From a virus (lineage: Duplodnaviria > Caudoviricetes): DNA of 64,000 nt. The position numbers and the translations under genes are program-made. Positions 8,153 through 18,300 of this stretch are shown one piece after another; the stretch's first letter is position 1; the number at the start of each line of letters is the position of its first letter. The stretch is taken from positions 1 through 64,000 of the IMG/VR virus record IMGVR_UViG_3300012344_000020; one strand, written 5' to 3'. Below the pieces are notes generated by a model. That model searched no databases and was not told the origin of the DNA. It saw only the letters and a list, made by a program, of their open reading frames with translations.

Positions 8153-8992
8153 ATGGAAAGACTAAAAGAAGTACTCGCTATTGTGAATGACAAAGGTGGG
8201 GTAGGCAAGAGCACTACTGCCCACAATCTGGCTTGCGGCTTCATCCGCTTACGTCCCGAATACCGCGTGTTGATTATCGACCTTGATGCGCAGGTGGCAA
8301 ACGTGTCATTGCTTTGTGGCTGGCGCGACCGCACCGACAAACACGGCACTATGTACGAGGCATTGACCAACAAGACCGCTATGCCGGTGTATCAGGTGAA
8401 GGTGGACGGGCAGGACTACAACGGCAATCTCTACCTTGCTCCATCATCAGAGGATATGCTGAATGTAGAGCCGTTCCTGCTGCGCGAGATGAACCCTCTG
8501 AAGGTATTGTGCAAGCTGTTTGCCATACCCGTAATGATGCCGGAGGAGCAAGGCGGTGAGCAGAGTGTGATAGAGGCTTTCGATTACATTATTATTGACT
8601 GTCCGCCAGCCATGAACCTTGTTACTAAAAACGCTATGTCAGTGGCTACGGGTATCATCATTCCTATGCAGTTGGAGGCACTGCCGACATTCGGTTCATC
8701 AAGTGTGATACGCTGGGCGCAGGACGTTAGAGCGGAGATTAACCCAAACCTCGACCTTCGCGGCTTGCTGAAGGTGATGATTGACAAGCGCACAAAAGCA
8801 AGTGCCGGCTTCTCACAGCATATCGACGATGAATATGGCGATTATGTATTCAAGACCGAGATACCTCGGCGCACAAAGATTGTGGAAGCTCAGGCGATGA
8901 TGCAGGACATCTTTACTTATGCGCCTGAGAGTGATGCTGCCAAGAGCTACGAGGCATTTGCTCGGGAGATTATTGATACCTATAAGGATTGA
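8153..8992 (+). CDS. parA: ParA/Soj partition ATPase
   Basis: Deviant Walker A KGGVGKST, DLDAQ, IIIDCPP. Confidence 0.95.
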   Translation: MERLKEVLAIVNDKGGVGKSTTAHNLACGFIRLRPEYRVLIIDLDAQVANVSLLCGWRDRTDKHGTMYEALTNKTAMPVYQVKVDGQDYNGNLYLAPSSEDMLNVEPFLLREMNPLKVLCKLFAIPVMMPEEQGGEQSVIEAFDYIIIDCPPAMNLVTKNAMSVATGIIIPMQLEALPTFGSSSVIRWAQDVRAEINPNLDLRGLLKVMIDKRTKASAGFSQHIDDEYGDYVFKTEIPRRTKIVEAQAMMQDIFTYAPESDAAKSYEAFAREIIDTYKD

Positions 8993-9045
8993 TATGCTCC
9001 TTATAGGTTATAGAATTATTCACTGATTTTTTACGTTTATAGATT

Positions 9046-9432
9046 ATGGGTAAATTTAATTTTAAGGATACTCCTGTCGCTAAGGTGGCAGAAGAAATAC
9101 GTGAGGACGAAAACCAAATGACAGTAAAGCAGGATCAACAGACTTCTGCACCGATTCAGGAGGCTGCTCCTGCTGCAACAGAACAGACAGAGCAGGAGAA
9201 CGCTTCAGTGGAAAGTGAGAATGAGGAAAAGCCGAAAGCACCAGCAAGAAAGAAGTCATCGGCAAGTACATCCTTGCAGGCATCGAAAGCCAAAAAAAGT
9301 AAGAACGGCATTGTCATCGATGTGCCGATAGACGACTACCTGGAAATGATGCGCCTGAAGGTGATCACTGGCAAGACGCTAAAAGACTTGGCACTGCAAG
9401 CGGTGCATGAATTTATAGAGAGAAACAAATGA
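9046..9432 (+). CDS. Probable ParB/ParG-like adaptor (disordered N-terminus, C-terminal RHH-like domain)
   Basis: Small gene after parA; C-terminal IVIDVPIDDY..LKDLALQAVHEFI beta-alpha-alpha pattern. Confidence 0.6.
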   Translation: MGKFNFKDTPVAKVAEEIREDENQMTVKQDQQTSAPIQEAAPAATEQTEQENASVESENEEKPKAPARKKSSASTSLQASKAKKSKNGIVIDVPIDDYLEMMRLKVITGKTLKDLALQAVHEFIERNK

Positions 9433-9440
9433 GGTGAAAT

Positions 9441-9762
9441 GGCTACTAATGTTTTTTACCTTATTACTTTTTCTAATGAAAGGATTAGTAAAGGTGAAAT
9501 AGCTACTAAAGTTTTTTACCTTGGTAAATTAGGTACTAATGTTTTTTACCTTAAATAGGCATCTAAAGGCAAATAGGTACTAATGTTTTTTACCTATACT
9601 TTATAATATAAATAAAAGAACTATGTTTTCTTATATTATATTAGGACAGGACATTTAGTTAAGAGCTGGTTGATTATCAAAGGTTTAGATTTTCCGGAGG
9701 TAAAAAACATTAGTACCTAAATGCCCCAAAAGGTAGGTTTAAGGTAAAAAACATTAGTACCT
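9441..9762. repeat. Iterons: 4 direct and 2 inverted ~20-bp copies of (A)GGTACTAATGTTTTTTACC flanking an AT-rich core; putative plasmid origin
   Basis: Copies at 9441, 9501, 9531 and 9575 (direct), 9699 and 9743 (inverted). Confidence 0.85.
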
Positions 9763-9791
9763 AAGTTACCTAATAAGTAAAATGAATATCT

Positions 9792-10964
9792 ATGGAAGAT
9801 AACAAATCGTTGCCCCAGCAATATATAAATACTCCTTTTGCCTATACACGGCTATCCAAAAATCTGTCGCTGCTTCAGCAGTCCATGCTTAACAAGGTGA
9901 GCGAGCATCTACAGAGCTATGTACAGAAGTATTTCGGAAGCGATCTTTGTAAGTCGCGCGACATTCCGCGACCGCTTTTCTCGGATGCGGAAAAGAACAA
10001 TGGTATGCCGATATTCACGGTGTCGTATGCAGAACTCGGCGTGAGCATCAATAATTACAGTAGTGCAAATGCTGCCGTAAAAGAGGTTCTTGCGCTTACG
10101 CTCGATGCTCCGGGCGTAGATAAGGACGGTAATCCGGCTATCGTGAAGTATAACATATTTACGCAGGCAAATATGTCTTCTGATGAGAGTAATGGTGTTA
10201 CGTTCAGTTTGAATACTGCCGTTGTGGATTATGTGTTCGACATGAGCCAGGGTTACGTGAGACACCCTGCGAATATAGCCAGGATAGGACAGGTGGAACG
10301 TATGCCAATGATGTACTATTTGCTGTTCAAATGGTCAGAGCGATGGAAAAAACGAGAGGTCCGTCTTACGGTGTTGGACATAAAAGATTATCTCGGTATG
10401 CGCTCCAAGGTCAAAGATAGCAGAGGTGATGGCGAAAAGAAGAGAGCAGGAAGACCCTCGAATACGACAGATGTAATAAAAGAGGCTTATCCGAAGTTCT
10501 CTCAATTCAAAAAAATGGTGCTCGACACCAGTATTAAAGACATCAATCGTTTAAGGCATGAGGGCCTGCTTGATGTATGTGTGTCATACGAACCTGTTTA
10601 TAACGGCAAGCGGAAAGTAGGCAATCCTGCTTTTATCCGTTTTAATATCTATGACACTATTGAGGATATGGAAAAAGCGCAAAAGACTGCGCATCCTGAA
10701 TTGAGCTTCGCCGACGATAAACCGGGCGAAAGAGAGTGGCGAATGTTGGTGGATATGTATAAAGGCGAGTTGCAGGAATACATGAAGCAGTTAAAGGTAT
10801 ATTCCTATGATGGGCAAGAACTGACCGTGACTGCAACGGAAAAGCAGGTGGAGGAGTTTGAAAAGCATATTACCTTAGAAGAAAGAAATATGTTTCGCGA
10901 GTGCATGGTAAAGACCTTTGGCAAGGTCGTAAGGTTTGGCTATAATATCATAAAACGAAAATGA
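9792..10964 (+). CDS. Plasmid-type replication initiator (Rep_3/RepB-like winged helix)
   Basis: Adjacent to iterons; KEAYPKFSQFKKMVLD..IKDIN motif and VTFSLN typical of Rep_3 proteins. Confidence 0.7.
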   Translation: MEDNKSLPQQYINTPFAYTRLSKNLSLLQQSMLNKVSEHLQSYVQKYFGSDLCKSRDIPRPLFSDAEKNNGMPIFTVSYAELGVSINNYSSANAAVKEVLALTLDAPGVDKDGNPAIVKYNIFTQANMSSDESNGVTFSLNTAVVDYVFDMSQGYVRHPANIARIGQVERMPMMYYLLFKWSERWKKREVRLTVLDIKDYLGMRSKVKDSRGDGEKKRAGRPSNTTDVIKEAYPKFSQFKKMVLDTSIKDINRLRHEGLLDVCVSYEPVYNGKRKVGNPAFIRFNIYDTIEDMEKAQKTAHPELSFADDKPGEREWRMLVDMYKGELQEYMKQLKVYSYDGQELTVTATEKQVEEFEKHITLEERNMFRECMVKTFGKVVRFGYNIIKRK

Positions 10965-11010
10965 TGTTTACACCGTCTTACCCCGAATAGGGTAGGGCGG
11001 TGTTTTTGTT

Positions 11011-11045
11011 TGTCCTTACCGTTTGTTTTGATTTCAGTAACTTTG
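11011..11045 (+). promoter_or_regulatory. Putative late promoter, TGTCC-N22-TAnnTTTG class (1 of 6)
   Basis: TGTCC 11011-11015; TAACTTTG 11038-11045. Confidence 0.7.
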
Positions 11046-11049
11046 CGAC

Positions 11050-11667
11050 ATGAAATTAAAACAGACGATAATGAAGATTGATAGATTTTTATTCGTGTGC
11101 ATCTGTATGATGATGCTATGCGCTTGTGCTTCCTCTCGCAAGACGATGACAAAGGTGTCGGCGAGTGGTGGTGATAGTGTTGTGGTGATAATGACGGATA
11201 GTGCTGCCGTGTCGGTCGTGCGTAAGGACAGCGCAAAGATAAACCGATGGGATTATTCCCAGACGATAGGCAATATCTTCGACTACAACGACGACGAGGA
11301 GTTGATACATGAGCTTATCACGGTGGCAACGGACAGCTTGGGCAACAAGACCACAACGACCGACCGCACCATCCACCGGAAGAACCACAACGGCAAGCAG
11401 ACAACAACCAGTGAGGAGCAGCGCAGGCATGAGGAACAGACAAGCGTGTTCCTGAGTGCGCTGGACAGTATCGCGCATAGCAGGTTTAGTAATTACTATA
11501 CCCATTGGCAGAACCAGGATAGCGTGGCGCAGAGTAGCGAAAAGAACACTGACACGACAAGAAAGTTCTCACCATTGCGACGGATAGAGGATGCCGTGAT
11601 ATTCCTTGCTGTGGTGGCTCTACTCGGTTGGCTGGTGGCACGACGTATCAACAATAAAAAGCAATAG
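11050..11667 (+). CDS. Lipoprotein with C-terminal TM helix, candidate unimolecular spanin
   Basis: Lipobox LCAC-ASS and C-terminal AVIFLAVVALLGWLVA followed by a basic tail. Confidence 0.55.
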   Translation: MKLKQTIMKIDRFLFVCICMMMLCACASSRKTMTKVSASGGDSVVVIMTDSAAVSVVRKDSAKINRWDYSQTIGNIFDYNDDEELIHELITVATDSLGNKTTTTDRTIHRKNHNGKQTTTSEEQRRHEEQTSVFLSALDSIAHSRFSNYYTHWQNQDSVAQSSEKNTDTTRKFSPLRRIEDAVIFLAVVALLGWLVARRINNKKQ

Positions 11668-11671
11668 CATT

Positions 11672-11965
11672 ATGGGTAAGAGAAAAAAGCAGGATATGGA
11701 GCTCACCGACCAAGCCGAGGTAACGCTCCAGGACTTTGTTATTCCTGCAAAGATAGAGGCTTTCTGCAATCAATACAAGCCGCAGGACCATTGGACGGAA
11801 GACTGCGATGTGTTTACTGATTATCAGTTGCGGTCGTATTTCAAGGCAGTGGTGTGCCCGTTGGGAGATCCTCTGTCGCTTTACCTTCAGGAGCTGGCGT
11901 TGCGCGGCTTCAAGATGCGGAATGACGAATGTGGTGAACCGGTCATTTATTGCAAGGTGAGATAA
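11672..11965 (+). CDS. Hypothetical protein
   Basis: ORF from MGKRKK. Confidence 0.7.
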   Translation: MGKRKKQDMELTDQAEVTLQDFVIPAKIEAFCNQYKPQDHWTEDCDVFTDYQLRSYFKAVVCPLGDPLSLYLQELALRGFKMRNDECGEPVIYCKVR

Positions 11966-11967
11966 AA

Positions 11968-12033
11968 TCATCGAATGAATCGAATGAAACAAATCAAGTT
12001 ATATAATTCGTGTCATTTGTTTCATTTGATGAC
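11968..12033. repeat. 3x9-bp arm palindrome (class A)
   Basis: TCATCGAATGAATCGAATGAAACAAAT ... TTCGTGTCATTTGTTTCATTTGATGAC. Confidence 0.9.
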
Positions 12034-12058
12034 AAAAATACAAACAACATATAGAGTT

Positions 12059-12580
12059 ATGAACAGACAACACTATTATTACAAGACAACCGACGATGGG
12101 CGCGTAGGAGCGCAGTTGCAGGAGTTTATGAATAGATGTGCCGATGCCGAGGAGAAGGCACGTCAGTGGGCAGAAAAGGTAGGCGCAAGCCATTATTACG
12201 AGTCGCCCGACGGAATGGCTGGCGGTGTGGGTGCCGTAGAGTTTGACAATACCATTGCCAAGGATGGGTGGGAGAAGATAGCCACACCCGATGGCAGAGT
12301 GTTCTTTCTGCCCATGGAAGGCACCGACCTTGAAAAGGAAATGTATGCGCTGCCGGTGGTGAGTGAATCGGAAATGATAGGCATCCTTAACTTCATTCCG
12401 AAGAAGACAAAAGCAGGACTACCCCTGCCGTTCACCTTTGGCGATCAGACGCCTGTAGTGTTCCGGCATCATGGTTACTGGTATATCGACGTGCCGTACC
12501 AAACGGCAGACATATCAATCACACCGATAGACGAGAAGGAGTTTAACCGCAGGCGCATGGCTGCGACAAACGAGAGATAG
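12059..12580 (+). CDS. Hypothetical protein
   Basis: Start placed after the repeat (MNRQHYYYK). Confidence 0.75.
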   Translation: MNRQHYYYKTTDDGRVGAQLQEFMNRCADAEEKARQWAEKVGASHYYESPDGMAGGVGAVEFDNTIAKDGWEKIATPDGRVFFLPMEGTDLEKEMYALPVVSESEMIGILNFIPKKTKAGLPLPFTFGDQTPVVFRHHGYWYIDVPYQTADISITPIDEKEFNRRRMAATNER

Positions 12581-12694
12581 TATTCTTTGTCATTATATGT
12601 TTTAGTTGTAAATTAGGTTTTAGTTAGTTTTTAGTTACATTAGTTAAGTTGATTGTAGGTTTGATGTTTTGACTGTCTATTTTTCATCAAACCG

Positions 12695-12731
12695 AAGAAG
12701 CCTCCCGTCCGTGATGGATAGGAGGCTTCTT
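12695..12731. terminator. Bidirectional terminator between convergent genes
   Basis: AAGAAGCCTCC..GTGA..GGAGGCTTCTT. Confidence 0.75.
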
Positions 12732-12750
12732 TGTTATAGGGTGGGGTGGG

Positions 12751-13338
12751 TTATCGGTGAGGGTCCGGCTCTGCTGCCATGCCGTAGCCGTAATGGTCGT
12801 CGTTTTTGTTCATTTTCTCTTGCAGGGTTATAACCTCTTGGGACAGCTTCATAACTCTATCGTTGAGTTTTTCTATCAAGTCAAGATAGCGCATCCGTTC
12901 ATTGTCGCTGATGTCTGACGTGTGCGTGTCTGTTGTTTCCATTTCCTTTTGAACATCTACAGAGTGGACATATTCAGGTAGACGCGACGGCATGTGGATA
13001 TTTGTGCGTGGATCGCAAACTTTAATGCCTGCTTTTCTGCTTGCATCAGGCCAACCTCCCGCAGGTTCGATGTTCGATTCAGGAGTGATAGGTGCAAACA
13101 CATCCCCGTCTTCCGCTTTCTCATCGAGGAAGAAAGCAGTAACCGGCACACACCACCGATTACAGAATTTCATCATCTGTGCCATTGGCATCATGGTGGC
13201 ACCCTCAATCCACTTGCCGAGTGTTCCATAGTCGCTCATTCCCATACTTTGCAGTATTTCACCGCGTTTAATCTCCGGGTTAGCCTTCATCCAGTCGGAC
13301 AGAAAACCGTAGTTGTAAACGAAATTATAAACCTTCAT
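12751..13338 (-). CDS. Putative CI-like repressor (N-terminal HTH)
   Basis: Divergent from 13462; HTH-like GEILQSMGMSDYGTLGKWIEG; C-terminal coiled coil and AAEP tail typical of Bacteroidales repressors. Confidence 0.6.
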   Translation of the reverse strand: MKVYNFVYNYGFLSDWMKANPEIKRGEILQSMGMSDYGTLGKWIEGATMMPMAQMMKFCNRWCVPVTAFFLDEKAEDGDVFAPITPESNIEPAGGWPDASRKAGIKVCDPRTNIHMPSRLPEYVHSVDVQKEMETTDTHTSDISDNERMRYLDLIEKLNDRVMKLSQEVITLQEKMNKNDDHYGYGMAAEPDPHR

Positions 13339-13403
13339 ATAGCCTTGTTATTTATATGAGCTTTGACACTCAATGTTAAAGTAATGTTAATTTCAAAAAT
13401 ATC

Positions 13404-13434
13404 TTTGATACCCACAGAATAATCTGTAACTTTG
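13404..13434 (+). promoter_or_regulatory. Sigma-A rightward promoter of the switch region
   Basis: TTTG-N19-TAACTTTG; an overlapping minus-strand TAnnTTTG box at 13394-13401. Confidence 0.8.
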
Positions 13435-13461
13435 CATACAAATATAGAATTTATAATTTGA

Positions 13462-13956
13462 ATGAACAAGAATATTTGGAGGAAAATCAAAGATTGTGGC
13501 GTTTTAAACGCTACAGACCTTACCGCAGACGAGAAAAAAGTTCTCTATGCAGTAATGGCCGAATACGGTATGCCTCAGAGTTCCTGTTACCGCCGTTTCT
13601 TTGAGAAGGGCTTTGATAAATGGGAAATTGACGGAATATCAAAGATTAAGAACGAATTTCTTTTGAGTGTCCCTTGCGAAGCTGATAATGACAAGGATGG
13701 TGAAGCGGGTACGCGCGGTTATGGATCTGTATTATCCCTTATGCCTGATTACGACGAGAGTAAATTCTATCAACTGGTAACGCAACTGAAAATTGGAGTC
13801 AGTTTGATAGACTTTATGGCTCAACGCGGCATGGCATCGCAGATGACTGTCCGCACCCGTTTCAGGGCTAACGACTGGAAGTCTTGGGAAAACGTAGGCA
13901 TAGCCTATATTCTTGACAATGACTTATCTGACATTAAAACCTCCGGCGAAAACTGA
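13462..13956 (+). CDS. Hypothetical (Cro-position) protein with an internal duplication
   Basis: Two similar segments (RRFFEKGFDKWEIDGI / RTRFRANDWKSWENVGI). Confidence 0.7.
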   Translation: MNKNIWRKIKDCGVLNATDLTADEKKVLYAVMAEYGMPQSSCYRRFFEKGFDKWEIDGISKIKNEFLLSVPCEADNDKDGEAGTRGYGSVLSLMPDYDESKFYQLVTQLKIGVSLIDFMAQRGMASQMTVRTRFRANDWKSWENVGIAYILDNDLSDIKTSGEN

Positions 13957-13960
13957 TATT

Positions 13961-14626
13961 ATGCAAACATTAGATATTACAATAGACTTTGAGACATGTG
14001 CGCTGTGCCCTACTGCGGCAGTGATGAGCGTAGGGGCAGTGGCATGGAATAGAGAAGCGGAGGATGATCCTTTCGCTTTCAGAGATTTTACCCTGCCGAG
14101 TTTGTTTGTCTATAACAAGCATGTCGATTTGAGGTCTCAGTTCGTTGATGGTTTTACGTTCGATAACGAAACCGCACAATGGTGGGCACAGAAGAGTGAT
14201 GAAGCCAAGCGTGCGGTGCTCGACTATGACGACACTCCGCTGACTTCCATTCGGAACGTAATAGAGAATTTGCTCGAATGGATGAAGGAAGTCAAAGAAA
14301 TGGTTGGGGCAAAGCAAATCGTTCTTTGGTCGCAAGGCTCCGACTTCGACATTGCTATCTTGCGCAACATCTGCGGCAAATACGGAATAGAGATACCCGT
14401 CAGTTACAAGAACTTCCGCGACCATCGTACCTTCTTCATGGAGGGAGCCAAGATGATACTTGATAAGGCTGGCGCTGAGTTTGACGCTGACAAGGCCTAT
14501 ACGCTTGTTGAGCCTTACGAAGGAGAAGGCTCGGCGCACGACCCAGTATATGATTGCAAGCGTAGCATTTATTCAACCTGGCAGATGATGCAACATCTGC
14601 GCAGCTTGAATATATCGAAAGAATAA
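13961..14626 (+). CDS. DEDDh 3'-5' exonuclease
   Basis: IDFET, WSQGSDFD, HDPVYDC motifs. Confidence 0.88.
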   Translation: MQTLDITIDFETCALCPTAAVMSVGAVAWNREAEDDPFAFRDFTLPSLFVYNKHVDLRSQFVDGFTFDNETAQWWAQKSDEAKRAVLDYDDTPLTSIRNVIENLLEWMKEVKEMVGAKQIVLWSQGSDFDIAILRNICGKYGIEIPVSYKNFRDHRTFFMEGAKMILDKAGAEFDADKAYTLVEPYEGEGSAHDPVYDCKRSIYSTWQMMQHLRSLNISKE

Positions 14627-14636
14627 AGCATCAAGA

Positions 14637-15065
14637 ATGAAAAAACGAGTGTATAGTTCGATACTGTCGAAGCCGTATGTGCCGAACCGCCAGAACATGA
14701 AGAGGGATGGACGAACATCGCCCTACAGCTTTATTCATCGCATAGCCTATACCGAGGCTTGGCGCGGGGATAATTATGATGAGCGGGTGCTGCTTTTCCA
14801 AGCTCCGTTTGCTTTGGTTAAAGATGTCTGTCAGTTTATCTTTAACGTGATGGACGGGAAAATAGGCAATCTGATTATCAGCAACGAGCACTCTTGCCGG
14901 CATCGCAACGGCAAATGCTACTGGCGCGTTATGGTGCAAGTCGTTAGACTCGATGAGCAGTTTATCTCGTTCAAGGAGTTTGTATTCTTGATGATAGCGA
15001 GGATGAAAAGGATATGCAACTGCACCGTCCGGCATTACAGACTCGAAACATTCGTAAATCTATGA
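14637..15065 (+). CDS. Hypothetical protein
   Basis: 142 aa ORF. Confidence 0.75.
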   Translation: MKKRVYSSILSKPYVPNRQNMKRDGRTSPYSFIHRIAYTEAWRGDNYDERVLLFQAPFALVKDVCQFIFNVMDGKIGNLIISNEHSCRHRNGKCYWRVMVQVVRLDEQFISFKEFVFLMIARMKRICNCTVRHYRLETFVNL

Positions 15066-15077
15066 AATAAAAAAATA

Positions 15078-15335
15078 AAGGACTGAAGGCGATGGTCGGT
15101 GCTCGCAAGACCCGGCTAATAAAACACACAACCGCTAAGGATTAAAGGCTTCGGAGCGGTTAGCACTTGAAGTTTGGCACATCGCCGACAGTCCTTTTAA
15201 GGAAACAGAAAGACCAGGGAGTTGGTGAGCATGGCGACACCTCACTGAACATGACAAGGCAACGATAGGAAGTAAAAAAGCCTGAGAATATCGTTGTTGC
15301 TATCGGGAATTCGGACAACTCCCTCGGTCTTTTCT
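15078..15335 (+). ncRNA. Two adjacent multibranch RNA structures upstream of the primase-helicase
   Basis: AAGGACTG/CAGTCCTT, GGCGATG/CATCGCC, GCAA and cUUCGg loops; GAAAGACCAGGGAGTTG/CAACTCCCTCGGTCTTTTC. Confidence 0.6.
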
Positions 15336-15356
15336 CTTAACAATAAAAAGAACAAT

Positions 15357-18300
15357 ATGCAATTCCACCCAATAATAAACCGTCTTGCCAATATCGACAT
15401 GACTCTCCTTGTGAAGCCTGCCGATGAGCAGCACTTTGAAGGACAGACAGCATGCTTCTGCCCCTTCTGTCAGAAGAAGGGAGCAGAGGGTGCCGACGCT
15501 TCGCAGGCTGACGGCAAGGCTATGGCTGGACAGACACCGCATTTCATCATCTACAATGATGAGCGTGGCGGTCTGTACGATGGGGTAGGGGTTGATGGCA
15601 ATACGCAGGCAAAGCATGGCGCAGTAAGGTGGATGTGTACCAAGACCGGCAAACAAGGTTACGGTGCACTGGAGCTATATGCTGCCATGCGCAACCTGCC
15701 GATGCACGGAGCCAGTCTGTTGCGCTTGTGCAAAGATTTGGTTGTTCGGGTATATGGTGACAAGGAAGAAACACGCAATGCTTTCCCGATGCTGTTTGGC
15801 AAGATGGACTACCGTACCATTGCAGCACAGACGATAGAAACTTTCTCGTTCATGCCGAAGATGGATTTTAACCCGCAGGAACTTGCAGCCTTGGGTTGCG
15901 AGGTAACGATGGTAAAAGGTGTTCCTACCTTCGGTTTCGGCAAGGAGTTTACTACGGATATGCTCAACAAAGATTTCCGTATCTATGCGGTCGATAGTGT
16001 AACGTTACCCAATGTGGTGCGTGACGGCAAGCAGGTGAGTGAGGTCATTTATGGCACTCCGTGGAATCCTCTGTTTGTGTGCTTCGCCACCGACGTGATA
16101 GCTCCGCAAGGCTCTTGCGGTTGTCTGTTTCGTCCGGCAATGAAAGGCGATCCGATAGTATTCTCTACCTGCGACGACCACAGCGTGCGCAAGGTGAGCC
16201 GTTGGCTGATGGGCGATAAGGTATTCACCTATGCCATGGACCACCGCGACAGTTCAACGACAGCCGTTCATGCAGCCATTGAGCAGTTTGAGCCGGACGA
16301 GCAATACACCAAGGAAAAGGATATTTGGGTGGAGAACGAGACAAAGAACGGTGAGGGCAAAGGTACTTACCATCTGGAGCAGGAACCGATAAAGACCTCC
16401 GACATCAAGGCACGCAATATCGTATTCTGCCGCACACCCGAAGATGCACTCAGCGTATATTATGCCATGCGCTCCCTGCGTATCGACAAGGCATCTGACC
16501 CGCATTTTCAAAAATACTGTTGGTATCATGTCGCCTTCTCTATTGGCAGACGTAACTTCTGGTATATCGACCGTGGTCAGTGGCGGCAGGAAAAGCTCGA
16601 CTTCAATGCCGTTCAATATCAAAAGATGAACCGTTTTGCCGAGCGTGTTGTCATGCTCTACCCGAATGACATATCCTCACAGCGCGACTGCGGAGCCATC
16701 GCCACTAAGTATAGCGACATCTGCTATGCCATGTTGCCCGAAGCCTTCCGCTCACGTTACAACCAGCGTTGGCAATGGCTCTATGGTTGTTCACCTCGCA
16801 GTGTGCGCGACTATATGATTGCCTACCGCATGACCGACGAGGATAACTTTAAGTTCGACCACGACCTGCGCATTCCTCTGTATAGCCGACTGCGTGGAGC
16901 CAAGAACACCGACCCCTTCGAGATAGAATATCCGCGTGATCCGCGCAGCGGAAAACTGAAGCCGCCTACATGCAAGGTGTCGCCTTCAAAGGTGTGGCTC
17001 TTTATGTCGGCGCACGGATATTACCGAATGATAGACCCCGAAAGCACCGACCTTGTGGGACAGTATATCCATTTGGATAGATGCTTTGTGGAGTATATAG
17101 ATGTGAAGAGCATCATCCAGGCTACAAAAGAATTGCTGATAGAGTTTATAGAACAAAGTTGGCGACACAACGACATCGAGCAACGCCTCATGTCCGACTG
17201 CGCCAATATGGTTGATAAGACCTTCACGGAAAAATCTGCCGGTGGACTGCAAAGTATGGTGATTAAGTTTTCGGATGCTTTTGATGCCAAGACGGAGTAT
17301 TTCTATTTCCGTAATGTGGCACTGAAGATTACACCCGAAGCCATCACGCCTGTCAGTTACGACTCGATAAACTTCTTTATCCCTGCCTTGGCGCGCAAGC
17401 CATACGACTTCACGATGCGCGTGTTCAAAACGCCTTTCGTGATAGCCGAGAGTCAGGAATACCGCGACAAACTCGCAGCCATCAACCAGAAAGAGGCTAT
17501 GCGCAATGAGGACGGTTCGCCGGTATTCTCTACCCTTGAGATAGGACAGATGAAAGCCGAACTGGAAGAATGGGCACAGACCTACCGATGGGTGGTAGAC
17601 TGTCAGGGCAAGCGGGAGCAAGACCTTTGGCCTATTCTCCGAATCATAAGAGGTTGTTCCAATGTGCTTTGGGAGAAGGAGCAGGAAGCCATCCGCAACA
17701 AGCAGGAACTTCCGTCTATCGACCAGGCAGTGATAGCCTCCCACTTTGCCAACATGCTTTCGTGCATAGGTCGTGTGTGCTACCGCTCATGGGACACAAT
17801 GCAGAGTATTTGCCCTTATCTGCTTGAGGACAATATCGTGGACGAGAAACAGGCAAGTGGCGGTTCGGGCAAATCGGTGATGATAAACCTTGTTGTCGGT
17901 TCGGCAGTGAATGTGCTGAAGGTGGACATGAAGGAATTTCTCACTATTGCCGATGCCAAGTTTTGCCTTTCCGACTTGTTGCTTTACCCCGGCAAATACA
18001 GGGTGGTGCATTGGGAAGATAAACCGAAGAGTTTTCCGATGAAGTACTTTTACAACAAGGTAACGTCGGGAACAAAGGTTGAGAAGAAATTTGGTGACCC
18101 GGTGAACATGAAATTGGAAGACTCGCCTCTGAATGTCATCACGAGCAATTCACCATTGAGTGATGACGACGACTCTACGATAGGTCGTTTTCCGCTGGTG
18201 TCATTCTCCGATAGGTTCGCCAGAGCCAACCCGCAGAAGCGCAAGCCTGCACGCTCGCCCAGTGATGTGATGAAGAACTTTCGCATGGAACCGGAAAAGC

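Noticed and set aside
12600-12665. Telomere-like TTAG repeats
   Set aside because: Short, irregular AT-rich intergenic tract beside a terminator; no supporting context
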